Translations under genes and position numbers: made by a program | Shown here: positions 1 to 8,441 of the stretch, piece by piece | How positions within the stretch are numbered: position 1 is the first letter of the stretch | Layout of the letters: each line of letters starts with the position of its first letter | The notes under the pieces: generated by a model | Told to the model about the DNA's origin: nothing | What the model saw: only the letters and a program-made list of their open reading frames with translations | Databases searched by the model: none | NCBI GenBank assembly: GCA_043803405.1 | Contig: JAZDKB010000054.1 | Location: 1-32,184 of the forward strand | DNA: 32,184 bases | Reading direction: 5' to 3' | Origin: Spirochaetota bacterium | GTDB taxonomy: Bacteria > Spirochaetota > UBA4802 > JAFGDQ01

Positions 1-141
1 AAAGCTGCTCAATACATTCAGAAAACAAATATAAAGGTTGCCTTTGTTTCAACGAATTCCATATCACAGGGCGAACAGGTCGGCATTCTCTGGAATGCGC
101 TGTTTAATAAATATAATATAAAAATACATTTCGCGCATAGT
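1..141. repeat. Terminal direct repeat (copy 1); assembly overlap indicating a circular molecule
   Basis: 1-141 is identical to 32044-32184, and an ORF continues in frame across the join. Confidence 0.97.
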
Positions 142-1206
142 ACTTTCAAATGGAGCAATGAAGCCAGGGGCATGGCTGCGGTGTTTGTTGTAATAATAGG
201 TTTTGGTAACTTTGACGCTGATGTAAAACTATTATATGAGTATGATGATCCGAAATCTGAAGCACACGAAACTAAAGTTAAGAATATAAATCCGTATCTT
301 ATTGAAGGTGGTGATATAGTAATATTGTCAAAATCTTCTCCAATATGTGATGTCCCAAAATTAATATATGGAAGTAAACCGGTTGATGCCGGGAATCTGT
401 TCTTAACGGATTTAGAAAAAGACGAATTAATCAAAAAAGAACCTGATGCAAAGAAGTATATTAAACCAATTTTAAGCGCAAAGGAATTTCTTAACGGTAA
501 ATTCAGGTGGGTGTTATGGCTTGTTGATGCTTCCCCGTCTGACTTGCAAAAATTACCTTTGATATTGGAAAAAGTTAATAATATAAAAGACTTCAGGTTG
601 AAAAGTACAAAAGTATCTGTACAAAAACAGGCTGAAACACCAACGCTGTTTTCTGAAATCAGGCAACCTAAAAATAATTACATACTTATCCCAAGGCATT
701 CATCAGAAAATAGAAAATATATTCCGATGGGTTTCTTTGATCCGGATTATATCGTAAGCGATTCATGCACAGCATTGCCTAATGCTACTCTCTTTCATTT
801 TGGTATTTTAATGTCATTAATGCATATGACCTGGGTAAGATATGTTTGTGGAAGAATCAAAAGTGACTTTAGATATTCAAATGATATAGTGTATAATAAT
901 TTCCCTTGGCCCGAAAATCCCACTGAAAGAAATGTAAAGCAAATAGAGGAAAAATCTCAACAGGTTCTTGATGCGAGAAATGACTATCCTGACAGCTCAC
1001 TTGCAGACTTATATGATCCGTTAACAATGCCGCCTAAACTTGTAAAAGCTCATCAGGAGCTGGACAAGGCTGTGGATCTTTGTTACAGAAGCCAGCCTTT
1101 CGTGAATGAAACAAAGCGTATTGAATTTCTGTTTGAGCTGTACAGCAAATATGACAGTAATCTCTTCACTGAAGAAAAAGAGAAGAAAAGAAAGAAAAAG
1201 AAATAA
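1..1206 (+). CDS. C-terminal part (target-recognition region) of MmeI-family type IIL restriction-modification enzyme; gene starts at 30481 and wraps
   Basis: Frame 1 reads KAAQYIQKTNIKVAFVSTNSISQGEQV into the 344-aa ORF, with MmeI-like segments (IPRHSSENRKYIPMGF, GRIKSDFRYS, YNNFPWP, SLADLYDPLTMP). Confidence 0.92.
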   Translation, partial: KAAQYIQKTNIKVAFVSTNSISQGEQVGILWNALFNKYNIKIHFAHSTFKWSNEARGMAAVFVVIIGFGNFDADVKLLYEYDDPKSEAHETKVKNINPYLIEGGDIVILSKSSPICDVPKLIYGSKPVDAGNLFLTDLEKDELIKKEPDAKKYIKPILSAKEFLNGKFRWVLWLVDASPSDLQKLPLILEKVNNIKDFRLKSTKVSVQKQAETPTLFSEIRQPKNNYILIPRHSSENRKYIPMGFFDPDYIVSDSCTALPNATLFHFGILMSLMHMTWVRYVCGRIKSDFRYSNDIVYNNFPWPENPTERNVKQIEEKSQQVLDARNDYPDSSLADLYDPLTMPPKLVKAHQELDKAVDLCYRSQPFVNETKRIEFLFELYSKYDSNLFTEEKEKKRKKKK

Positions 1207-1263
1207 CTATTCCCATGTATTTGCCGACCTTATTAAGATTCCCTTTATGGGGCTTGTAAAACA

Positions 1264-1590
1264 ATGAAAACCCTACCCTTTTTACTTATCCTTTTTCTCT
1301 TTACAGCTTGCGAACTAAACGAAAGCTATAATTTCGCCTATCGCATAGAAACGGATACAGAGATCACATCCGATATAACCTATTATCTTGACGGAGTTTA
1401 CGAGGAGGAAAGGATCACAACGCCCTGGCAGAGTAATTCAATGACAATAGCAGACGATTTCTTTTCATTTTATATTGAAATAGAGTACTCAGAATCGAGT
1501 GGCCGGTTCTATATCCTGCGTGATGGTGCGATATGGGAAACTCAAAGCTTTTATCCGGGTTATCATATAGAGTTTTCAAAAAATTTTTAA
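1264..1590 (+). CDS. Hypothetical lipoprotein
   Basis: 108-aa ORF with basic N-terminus, hydrophobic stretch and lipobox-like LFTAC. Confidence 0.7.
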   Translation: MKTLPFLLILFLFTACELNESYNFAYRIETDTEITSDITYYLDGVYEEERITTPWQSNSMTIADDFFSFYIEIEYSESSGRFYILRDGAIWETQSFYPGYHIEFSKNF

Positions 1591-1901
1591 GGAATTTGTT
1601 AAACTGTCCCCCTGCCCTTGCCGATATTATTATATTGTTAGGAACTGCTTGGTTTTTATTGCTATTGCTTATCTACGTTCGTCCTTTTTACTATTTACAA
1701 ACCTCATAAGAGAATAATTCATCACTTTTTACACATTTTATTAGGAGTAATCTGCTCCTAATGAGACATAAAAAAGTAATTGACTTTTTTAGGAGGAGGC
1801 CTATGCTATCCAGAAATCGTGATTTTCCGTAAATTTTGTCGTAATCGGAGTGTAAAAATGACCTAAATCGTCATTTTTTTCTTTTATAAGAGGGTTAAAA
1901 C

Positions 1902-1971
1902 AAAAAAGCCAGAAGCAGCGAACTTCTGACTTTTGTTCGGGGTGTTAGCCCGGATTGATTTCATTTCATTT
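1902..1971 (-). ncRNA. Putative antisense (counter-transcript) RNA in the rep leader
   Basis: Minus-strand TTGACA (2006-2001), 17 bp, TACATT (1983-1978), ending in stem GTCAGAAG/CTTCTGGC plus U6 at ~1934-1902. The G-U pair works only on the minus strand. Confidence 0.7.
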
Positions 1972-1977
1972 AGTAGT

Positions 1978-2006
1978 AATGTACTGAAACGTTACTGCTT
2001 TGTCAA
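1978..2006 (-). promoter_or_regulatory. Sigma70-type promoter for the antisense RNA
   Basis: TTGACA-N17-TACATT on the minus strand. Confidence 0.7.
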
Positions 2007-2066
2007 TCCTATTTTAACACCTCCCCTTAAAAACATAAAAAAAATAAAAAAAAGGGAGGGGTTTTT

Positions 2067-3524
2067 ATGCAAAATCGGTCTGGTTTGGCTCTTAGTCCGC
2101 TTGTAGATGATTCAGATAATGTCGTTTCCCTGTCCGCAGCCAGGGAACGCAAGTACAATCCTCAGGCAGCGTTCTACGCTCTGCCTAAAGCTTTTATAAA
2201 CCGTCTGCTTTTCAGTATGTCCGGGTCCACTCTCAAGGTTTTCCTTGCTCTGGTCTATCATACTGACTGCTGGAACGTTATCAAGTATCCTGGAAAGATA
2301 ACTCATTCCAATTTAATGAAGACCACCGGCATTAAGAAAAAAGAAACTATCTCAAATGCCTATAAAGAGCTCGAAGAACTCAGCATAATCGGCGGTTATA
2401 CTCCCGGCCATGGAGCGGATAACACTAAATTCTATTTTACGTTCGATATAAATCATTACAGGACAGATGAATGCTGTCTTGATCAGGCCGAAATATCCTC
2501 TTATTATGAAATGCTTTTATCCGGTAAATTTACAAACATGCCTTTTAGTGATCCTGCAGGTTCGGATAAAGAGACTGCTTCAAATGAATCCATAGATTTG
2601 TCTGGCTTTCCGGAGGAATCAGAGCCGGTTGGTAATGTATCACAGGCCTGCAGCGATGATTATGACATACCCGAATCCTCTGCAGCATCCTTCAGTGATG
2701 AAAATAAGTCTTCATGTTCTTCATCTTCGCTTAATTATGCCTTTACTATAGCGAGCTCGTGGGGTACTGAAATAAAATTATATCATAATGAAAATCCAGA
2801 TATCTTCTTTTTAGAAGATGGTTCTTTCTTTTGTGACAAAGATGATTTCTTTAAAAATTATCAGCATTGTGTAATTAAAGATACACTTACTATACAAGAG
2901 CCGGTGCAGACAATTACCTGTGAACTAGGCATTATACCAGCAGGTGTACCGGAAAACGGCATGCCCTCCCCCCTTGAAACGGCACAGGGGAGTACCGAAA
3001 AAAAGGACTCCCTTAAAACTATAAATAGCTATAAAATTAATAAACTAATAGTTATGGCTCAAAAAGATTTTAATTTTATTCATGAATTTAATAATTTCTG
3101 CATTGACGATTCTCCAAAGTATCTCAAAAATACTTTGTACTGGCTTATTCAGCATGCAGTTGATTTTAACTTGTCCCTCGGTGATGTCATAGACTCACTG
3201 AATGCCGCGAACAACAAAGGCAAGCACGGCAAAATGTGTTACCTGGTCGGCGTAATGCGAAACAAGGCCGGGAACAATTCCCGCGGCCTCAAGGTGATCA
3301 CAAAGCCGGAATTTGTCCAGGCAAAAGAGTATTTCAGCGAGCGTTTCGGCCATTGCATTGAGTATTTAAAATCATACAGCTTTGACTGGACAGCCGGGGA
3401 GCTTCGGTATACTCTCAAAGATCCGGCCAAAGACAGATCTTATCTTGCTGAATTTTTTAAATTTGTTGTTGAAGATATAAAAAAAGCTGTAGGGGTTTCT
3501 TTATCTCACGTTGAGGTTGCTTAA
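2067..3524 (+). CDS. Putative replication initiator (N-terminal winged-HTH, phage/plasmid Rep-like)
   Basis: N-terminal MSGSTLKVFLALVYH...LMKTTGIKKKETISNAYKELEELSII resembles a Rep wHTH; low-complexity linker; C-terminal YLVGVMRN resembles DnaD/Rep C-termini; strong RBS GGGAGG; antisense RNA upstream and internal repeats. Confidence 0.6.
   Translation: MQNRSGLALSPLVDDSDNVVSLSAARERKYNPQAAFYALPKAFINRLLFSMSGSTLKVFLALVYHTDCWNVIKYPGKITHSNLMKTTGIKKKETISNAYKELEELSIIGGYTPGHGADNTKFYFTFDINHYRTDECCLDQAEISSYYEMLLSGKFTNMPFSDPAGSDKETASNESIDLSGFPEESEPVGNVSQACSDDYDIPESSAASFSDENKSSCSSSSLNYAFTIASSWGTEIKLYHNENPDIFFLEDGSFFCDKDDFFKNYQHCVIKDTLTIQEPVQTITCELGIIPAGVPENGMPSPLETAQGSTEKKDSLKTINSYKINKLIVMAQKDFNFIHEFNNFCIDDSPKYLKNTLYWLIQHAVDFNLSLGDVIDSLNAANNKGKHGKMCYLVGVMRNKAGNNSRGLKVITKPEFVQAKEYFSERFGHCIEYLKSYSFDWTAGELRYTLKDPAKDRSYLAEFFKFVVEDIKKAVGVSLSHVEVA
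2946..3052. repeat. Three imperfect 23-bp iteron-like repeats plus AT-rich tract; candidate replication origin inside rep
   Basis: 2946 gtaccggaaaacggcatgccctc, 2969 cccccttgaaacggcacagggga, 2992 gtaccgaaaaaaaggactccctt, followed by aaaactataaatagctataaaattaataaactaata. Confidence 0.5.
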
Positions 3525-3775
3525 AGTATTTGTGTTTTTGTGTGACCGGTATTATTATTAAAAAATGTATTCATAGGTTGTTTATTGTTTTTTAGCTGTT
3601 TTAGGCTTTACAGTTTGGCCTGTACGGCGTTTTATTTATTTAGCTAATGCATAGGTTATCCCGTTCAGGCTGTTTATCTTAAAAAATTCATATTTTTATG
3701 CCGGCTGCTTATTGTGTGTTTGTTGAATTTGAAAGGTAAAGTGGTAGCAAATTCAATTATAGGCAGGTAAGTGAA

Positions 3776-4513
3776 ATGAGAGTATTAATCGCGGAGGATG
3801 AACAGGGCTTTGGTATTGTTTACAAAAGATTGATGGGGAAATGGGGTTTTGATTTTGACCTGGTCAATAACGGCAGGGACGCCGTTAGTCGTGCTGTCGA
3901 GAATGAAGGCAAATACGATATCTGTCTCATGGATATCGACATGCCTGTTATGGACGGCTGCGAGGCTGCAAAGCTGATTCGTTTAAAGACAAAGTATTTG
4001 CCGATAATTGCAGTAACGGGTGATGCCCGCTTAAAGAATAAGTATTCCGAATTCGGAATGGATGCTTACATAATGAAGCCGTTTAGTTTTAACGAGCTTC
4101 AGGAAAAGATAATCGAGTTAAGCATAAAGTCCGAAAAAATAACATACATAGATAATGAATTACATATTGAAAAGGAGATGCCGATGGATAAACAACATGC
4201 AGAGGAGTTGAGGGAGCTTGCGAAGAAAGATTTACGAAAAGTGAAATTTTTTGATGATCCCGGAGCTGCTGTTGTTGTACATAAGAATGTAGTGAACAAG
4301 ATATCGTATGATCTTAGTATAAAAAAACAGTCCCTGACAGTTTTTCTTAATCGTGATACGGAGAAGCCAACCCGCTGTATATTATACAGAGAAATTCCAC
4401 ACCTTATGCCGCAGGAATTCCTTACGGAAGATGAATATGATAAGTCAATTAAAACAGAAGATCAGGATTTACAGGAGTATAATAAACTTATTTTAAAACC
4501 CGAGGAAAAATAG
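3776..4513 (+). CDS. Response regulator (receiver domain) with C-terminal domain of unknown function
   Basis: VLIAEDE, YDICLMDIDMPVMDG (phosphoacceptor Asp), IIAVTG and YIMKPF receiver motifs. Confidence 0.9.
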   Translation: MRVLIAEDEQGFGIVYKRLMGKWGFDFDLVNNGRDAVSRAVENEGKYDICLMDIDMPVMDGCEAAKLIRLKTKYLPIIAVTGDARLKNKYSEFGMDAYIMKPFSFNELQEKIIELSIKSEKITYIDNELHIEKEMPMDKQHAEELRELAKKDLRKVKFFDDPGAAVVVHKNVVNKISYDLSIKKQSLTVFLNRDTEKPTRCILYREIPHLMPQEFLTEDEYDKSIKTEDQDLQEYNKLILKPEEK

Positions 4514-4597
4514 TTTCTAAAATTATAAAGAGTTCCCCTGCCCGCTTAATTTGTTTTTATCTCTAATCTGGTTCAATTTATCTTCAGGAGTTAAATC

Positions 4598-4951
4598 ATG
4601 TTGAAAAAATATCTGATGGTTGTTTTGTTTTTATTATTAACGGGCAGCTTATCCCCGGCCGGTAATTCTACAAAAGACAATTCATGGATTGTTATAAACG
4701 CATTGCTTGTTGATAAAAATAATGTCACAATAAAGCTGATCTATTTTGATTCCCCGGCAACAAACGTTAAAGCCAATGCAAGGAGATCCTGTAAAGATGG
4801 CGTTAATATAATTCTTCCTGAATACATGTTGAAGAAATACGAAGGTGATCCCCTCAGAGTTGATTTTGACTTAAAAAATGCAAAGTATAAAATTTATCAG
4901 AAATCAGGAGATAAGATTATTTCTTCAGGCAGCCTAATGCTTGAACTATAA
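4598..4951 (+). CDS. Hypothetical secreted protein
   Basis: RBS AGGAG; signal-peptide-like N-terminus MLKKYLMVVLFLLLTGSLSPA. Confidence 0.7.
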   Translation: MLKKYLMVVLFLLLTGSLSPAGNSTKDNSWIVINALLVDKNNVTIKLIYFDSPATNVKANARRSCKDGVNIILPEYMLKKYEGDPLRVDFDLKNAKYKIYQKSGDKIISSGSLMLEL

Positions 4952-5127
4952 TGTAAATATTGGCTTATTGTAAATAATTCTTGATTTTTCCATCTTTTAC
5001 TCTTCTCTATTTGGCCTGTATTGCGTTTTATTTATCCTTTTAATATAATTGGTTGTTTTTTTAAAATTTTTTAGAGTAGGGTAGGGGTGTCAGTATTCTT
5101 TTATAAAGTAATACTTTATATGTTCTG

Positions 5128-5559
5128 TTATTTCCGCAGCAGTTCAGCCGCTTCCTTTAGAATTCCCGGTTCTTTTATTTTTACAAGTTTCTGCGGCGAT
5201 TCCTGAATTTTTTCCATTGCACTGTAAAACCGGTCGAGTACATCACCTTCGACCGTAGGTATCAAGAATATATGTGTATGAGGAATACGTTTTCCGCGTG
5301 CATATAGGCACACAAAATCAGGCTTAAGGGTTTTCATTATTTTATTGGCTGCCCGATGAGCCAGTTTAAAAAGACTCACTGTTTCTTCTTCAGTCATCTC
5401 GTGCCACCATAGTACATGCCGCTTCGGAATAACAAGGCAATGTCCTTTTGAGTACGGGTTTATATCAAGTATTACCATGCTCAGTTCATCTTCCATAACC
5501 TTATAAGCAGGTGTTTTGCCGGATACGATATCGCAGAATACGCATTTATGTTTACTCAT
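5128..5559 (-). CDS. HIT family protein (variant triad)
   Basis: CVFCDIV, DINPYSKGHCLVIPKRH; triad reads PHTHIF instead of HxHxH. Confidence 0.88.
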   Translation of the reverse strand: MSKHKCVFCDIVSGKTPAYKVMEDELSMVILDINPYSKGHCLVIPKRHVLWWHEMTEEETVSLFKLAHRAANKIMKTLKPDFVCLYARGKRIPHTHIFLIPTVEGDVLDRFYSAMEKIQESPQKLVKIKEPGILKEAAELLRK

Positions 5560-5583
5560 TCTTGTCTCTGGAATAAATTATTT

Positions 5584-6921
5584 TTAAAATATATTTTCAT
5601 TTTTGAAAATAATCATGCCTAGCCGCTGGAAAGAAACACCTTTTTTTAAAGCATATTTATAAAAAGGTTTCCCGTTTTCCAATTCTGCATCAAAATAATT
5701 AAAAATAATATTTCTATATTTCTTAATATCCTTTAAAAGTTCAGACAGGTGAGTCGAGAGCAGAAAAATATGATCTTTATAACCCATCATTGAAGAAATT
5801 ACAGTTAAAGAAGCATCATAAGCATCTCTGTGATTTGTTCCTTTAAATAATTCATCTATTATCACAAAAATATTTTTACCACTTTTGCATTGCTCTGCTA
5901 TTTCTTTCATTCGTTTTACTTCACTGTAAAAATAACTGTAGCCAGCCCGGATATTGTCTTCGGTATTGATGCTTGTAATTAGTCCGTCAAAACAGGATAA
6001 TTCCATTTCTTCTGCCGGTACTCCCAGTCCGATATGTGCGAGATATACTGCTATTCCGCATGCTTTAATGAATGTCGATTTTCCTGCAAGGTTCGGACCG
6101 GTTAAAAAAACAAAGTTGTTATTTTTTTCAATACTGATTGAATTCCTGACAGGATCATTTATAAAAGGATGATATAAGCCTCTTACATTGAATATAGGAA
6201 AAGGAGATTCAATAAATTTTGGGAACACAAGGCTGTATTCTTTTATTGCGGTAGCTAAAGACAGTATCGCATCCATTTCATAAATGGATTTTATTATTGA
6301 TTGAATTATATGCTTTAACTGCCCCCGCAGCAACGTATCAAGTCGAAAAACTTGGATAGGGGACGATTCGCCGGAAGTATTTGTTTTTATCAGTTGATCA
6401 TTTTTTGAAAATAATTTTATATCCCTAAAAATCTTTTTAATCAGCTGCGGACAATTGTCCTGGTCAACTATTTTATGGAAACGATTAATGTTTTGCAATA
6501 GATTCAGAACGCATTTTAATCCGCCTGCAATAATAGAATAAGTATTTTTATCTTGAAACCGCCACCAGTATGCTTTCAGAAAAGCAAATCTGTGTTTGGA
6601 TGGTGAAATACACGAGATATTTTCGTTTATATAATTTTCCGCGTTTTTTACGAGATTATTGCCGATCGCATTATAAAATAAATTCCAGTTGTCGTAATCA
6701 TTCAAGATAAAGCAGAACACATTCTGCATCGCTTCAATTTTTTTTATGGATATTCTTCTAGGTTTAAAATAGCGTTCGAGTGCATAACGCCCGCCTCTTG
6801 TCTGGGTTTTATTAAATATATCGAAGATACATCGATTCTCGTCCTTTTGCTGTTTTGTTTGCAGTGTGATTATTTCCAGATCAAAAAGAGTTTGATTGTC
6901 CACTATCATTACTCTAACCAT
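5584..6921 (-). CDS. MutS-related ATPase (domain III/V only)
   Basis: GLYHPF, Walker A LTGPNLAGKST, SYFYSEVKR, Walker B IIDELFKGTN, LSTHL; no mismatch-recognition domain. Confidence 0.9.
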   Translation of the reverse strand: MVRVMIVDNQTLFDLEIITLQTKQQKDENRCIFDIFNKTQTRGGRYALERYFKPRRISIKKIEAMQNVFCFILNDYDNWNLFYNAIGNNLVKNAENYINENISCISPSKHRFAFLKAYWWRFQDKNTYSIIAGGLKCVLNLLQNINRFHKIVDQDNCPQLIKKIFRDIKLFSKNDQLIKTNTSGESSPIQVFRLDTLLRGQLKHIIQSIIKSIYEMDAILSLATAIKEYSLVFPKFIESPFPIFNVRGLYHPFINDPVRNSISIEKNNNFVFLTGPNLAGKSTFIKACGIAVYLAHIGLGVPAEEMELSCFDGLITSINTEDNIRAGYSYFYSEVKRMKEIAEQCKSGKNIFVIIDELFKGTNHRDAYDASLTVISSMMGYKDHIFLLSTHLSELLKDIKKYRNIIFNYFDAELENGKPFYKYALKKGVSFQRLGMIIFKNENIF

Positions 6922-6932
6922 TTAATTCAGTA

Positions 6933-8441
6933 CTAATTAGTTTGTTCTTCTGCAACGAATATCTCTTTATATAAATCTTCGCCAAAGCTAGTCTGTAGCG
7001 GCCTGCCTACAATAATTCTGAAAGTCCGTTTTTTATCCGGCTGTCTCTCTGCCCTCAAAAAAAGAATATTCTTTGTTTTTCTGCCGTAAAAACCGTCTGC
7101 GAATTCGTATAAATGAGTCACAAAGAAAATCTTGATGCCCTTTCCCAGCAGGGCGAGAATTATCTGTCTTGCTATTTCCGAGCCCTCTCTTTCATTTGTT
7201 GCAGCGAAAGATTCGTTTAAAAGCAGCATTGAACCCGGTTTTATGTTATCCACTATTCCGCTCATCCTCTTCAGTTCCTCGTCGAGTTTCCCGCTTTTCA
7301 TGGAAGCGTCTTCCTTCCGCTTGTAATGCGTGAAAACGCCTTCGCGGATATCCGCGCGGAATGATTCTGCAGGCACGAACATGCCGCACTGCATCATCAG
7401 TTGAGCAAGTCCGATGCTGCGCAGAAAAGTCGATTTGCCTCCCTGGTTGGCTCCTGTAATGATCATAAGATTTTTACTGTCAGCTTCCATGTCGTTTCCT
7501 GTAACTTTTCTTTTTACAGTCAGGGCCAAGCATATGTCATATAATCCGTTAAAAGTATGCTGCTTTTTGCCTGAAGCCGCAGGCTCAGGGAATGCGGCGG
7601 GTTCCTCTAACCGCACAAGCTGTTCATACAAATTCAGGCACCCGATGTAAAAAGCGAGTTCCGTCCTCAGCATGTGGAAAAAACTGTCTATATGATCCGC
7701 GGACTGTGCCAGCGCGTTTGCTGCAATATTTATTCCCCTGTCTTTCAGCTCCGACAGGGCCCTGGCCCCGTGTTCATCCCGCGGATGTATGTTGAACGAA
7801 TAGGCCGGCTTTCTGGCAAAAATCCTCTTCACCAGGCTTTTGTTCTTTTTATCATGCGGCTTGCGGAGGATGTAATTCTTCCCTTCGTTTCCCTGCCCCA
7901 GCTCAGCGCTCAGCAAAACGCCGTTTTTGAATTTCAGCTCGTCCAGGTGATACTGTATGATTTTAAAATATTTGTCGTTCAGTTCTTCACTGATCATCGC
8001 AAAAAACCGGCGAAAACCTTCCGACTCGAACTTATCCGCGTGTTCGTCTGTTATGTCTTTCAATCCCTGGAGCTGCCCGACGAACATCTGCAGCATACTG
8101 ACAGCTCCGCTTATAATCCCGCCCGGGTACCTGTTGAAAAAACCGAACCACCGTTTCTTTTTTTTAGCGAGCACTTCTTCCGATATATTATAAATATCTC
8201 TGACCGCCCCCGCGTTCTTCATGCAGTCTCTGAGTATATCCTGCCTGTAAAGTATCGTGTCTGCATCCTTTAAACCTGCCAGCACCGCTTTCTTTGCTGT
8301 TTCGAACAAAAATTCGTCATCGAGTGCCATTGCGTTAAGCAGAGTTTCCAGTTCCAGATCCTGCGTCAGTTCCCGTTCATTCAGCGGCAGCGGCTGCCCG
8401 GGATCAAAGTCCCTGTCCCTGTACATCAGAAAAGCCTTCAT
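6933..8441 (-). CDS. MutS-related ATPase (domain V), second of a coupled pair
   Basis: Walker A ITGANQGGKST, SGKLDEELKR, Walker B variant LLLNESF, FVTHL; ATGA overlap with the upstream gene at 8438-8441. Confidence 0.9.
   Translation of the reverse strand: MKAFLMYRDRDFDPGQPLPLNERELTQDLELETLLNAMALDDEFLFETAKKAVLAGLKDADTILYRQDILRDCMKNAGAVRDIYNISEEVLAKKKKRWFGFFNRYPGGIISGAVSMLQMFVGQLQGLKDITDEHADKFESEGFRRFFAMISEELNDKYFKIIQYHLDELKFKNGVLLSAELGQGNEGKNYILRKPHDKKNKSLVKRIFARKPAYSFNIHPRDEHGARALSELKDRGINIAANALAQSADHIDSFFHMLRTELAFYIGCLNLYEQLVRLEEPAAFPEPAASGKKQHTFNGLYDICLALTVKRKVTGNDMEADSKNLMIITGANQGGKSTFLRSIGLAQLMMQCGMFVPAESFRADIREGVFTHYKRKEDASMKSGKLDEELKRMSGIVDNIKPGSMLLLNESFAATNEREGSEIARQIILALLGKGIKIFFVTHLYEFADGFYGRKTKNILFLRAERQPDKKRTFRIIVGRPLQTSFGEDLYKEIFVAEEQTN

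Noticed and set aside
1..141. Phage terminal repeats or att sites
   Set aside because: The repeat lies mid-gene and has the length of an assembler k-mer; no terminase, capsid or tail genes were seen.
172..1206. 344-aa ORF as a standalone gene
   Set aside because: It is the in-frame C-terminus of the gene starting at 30481.
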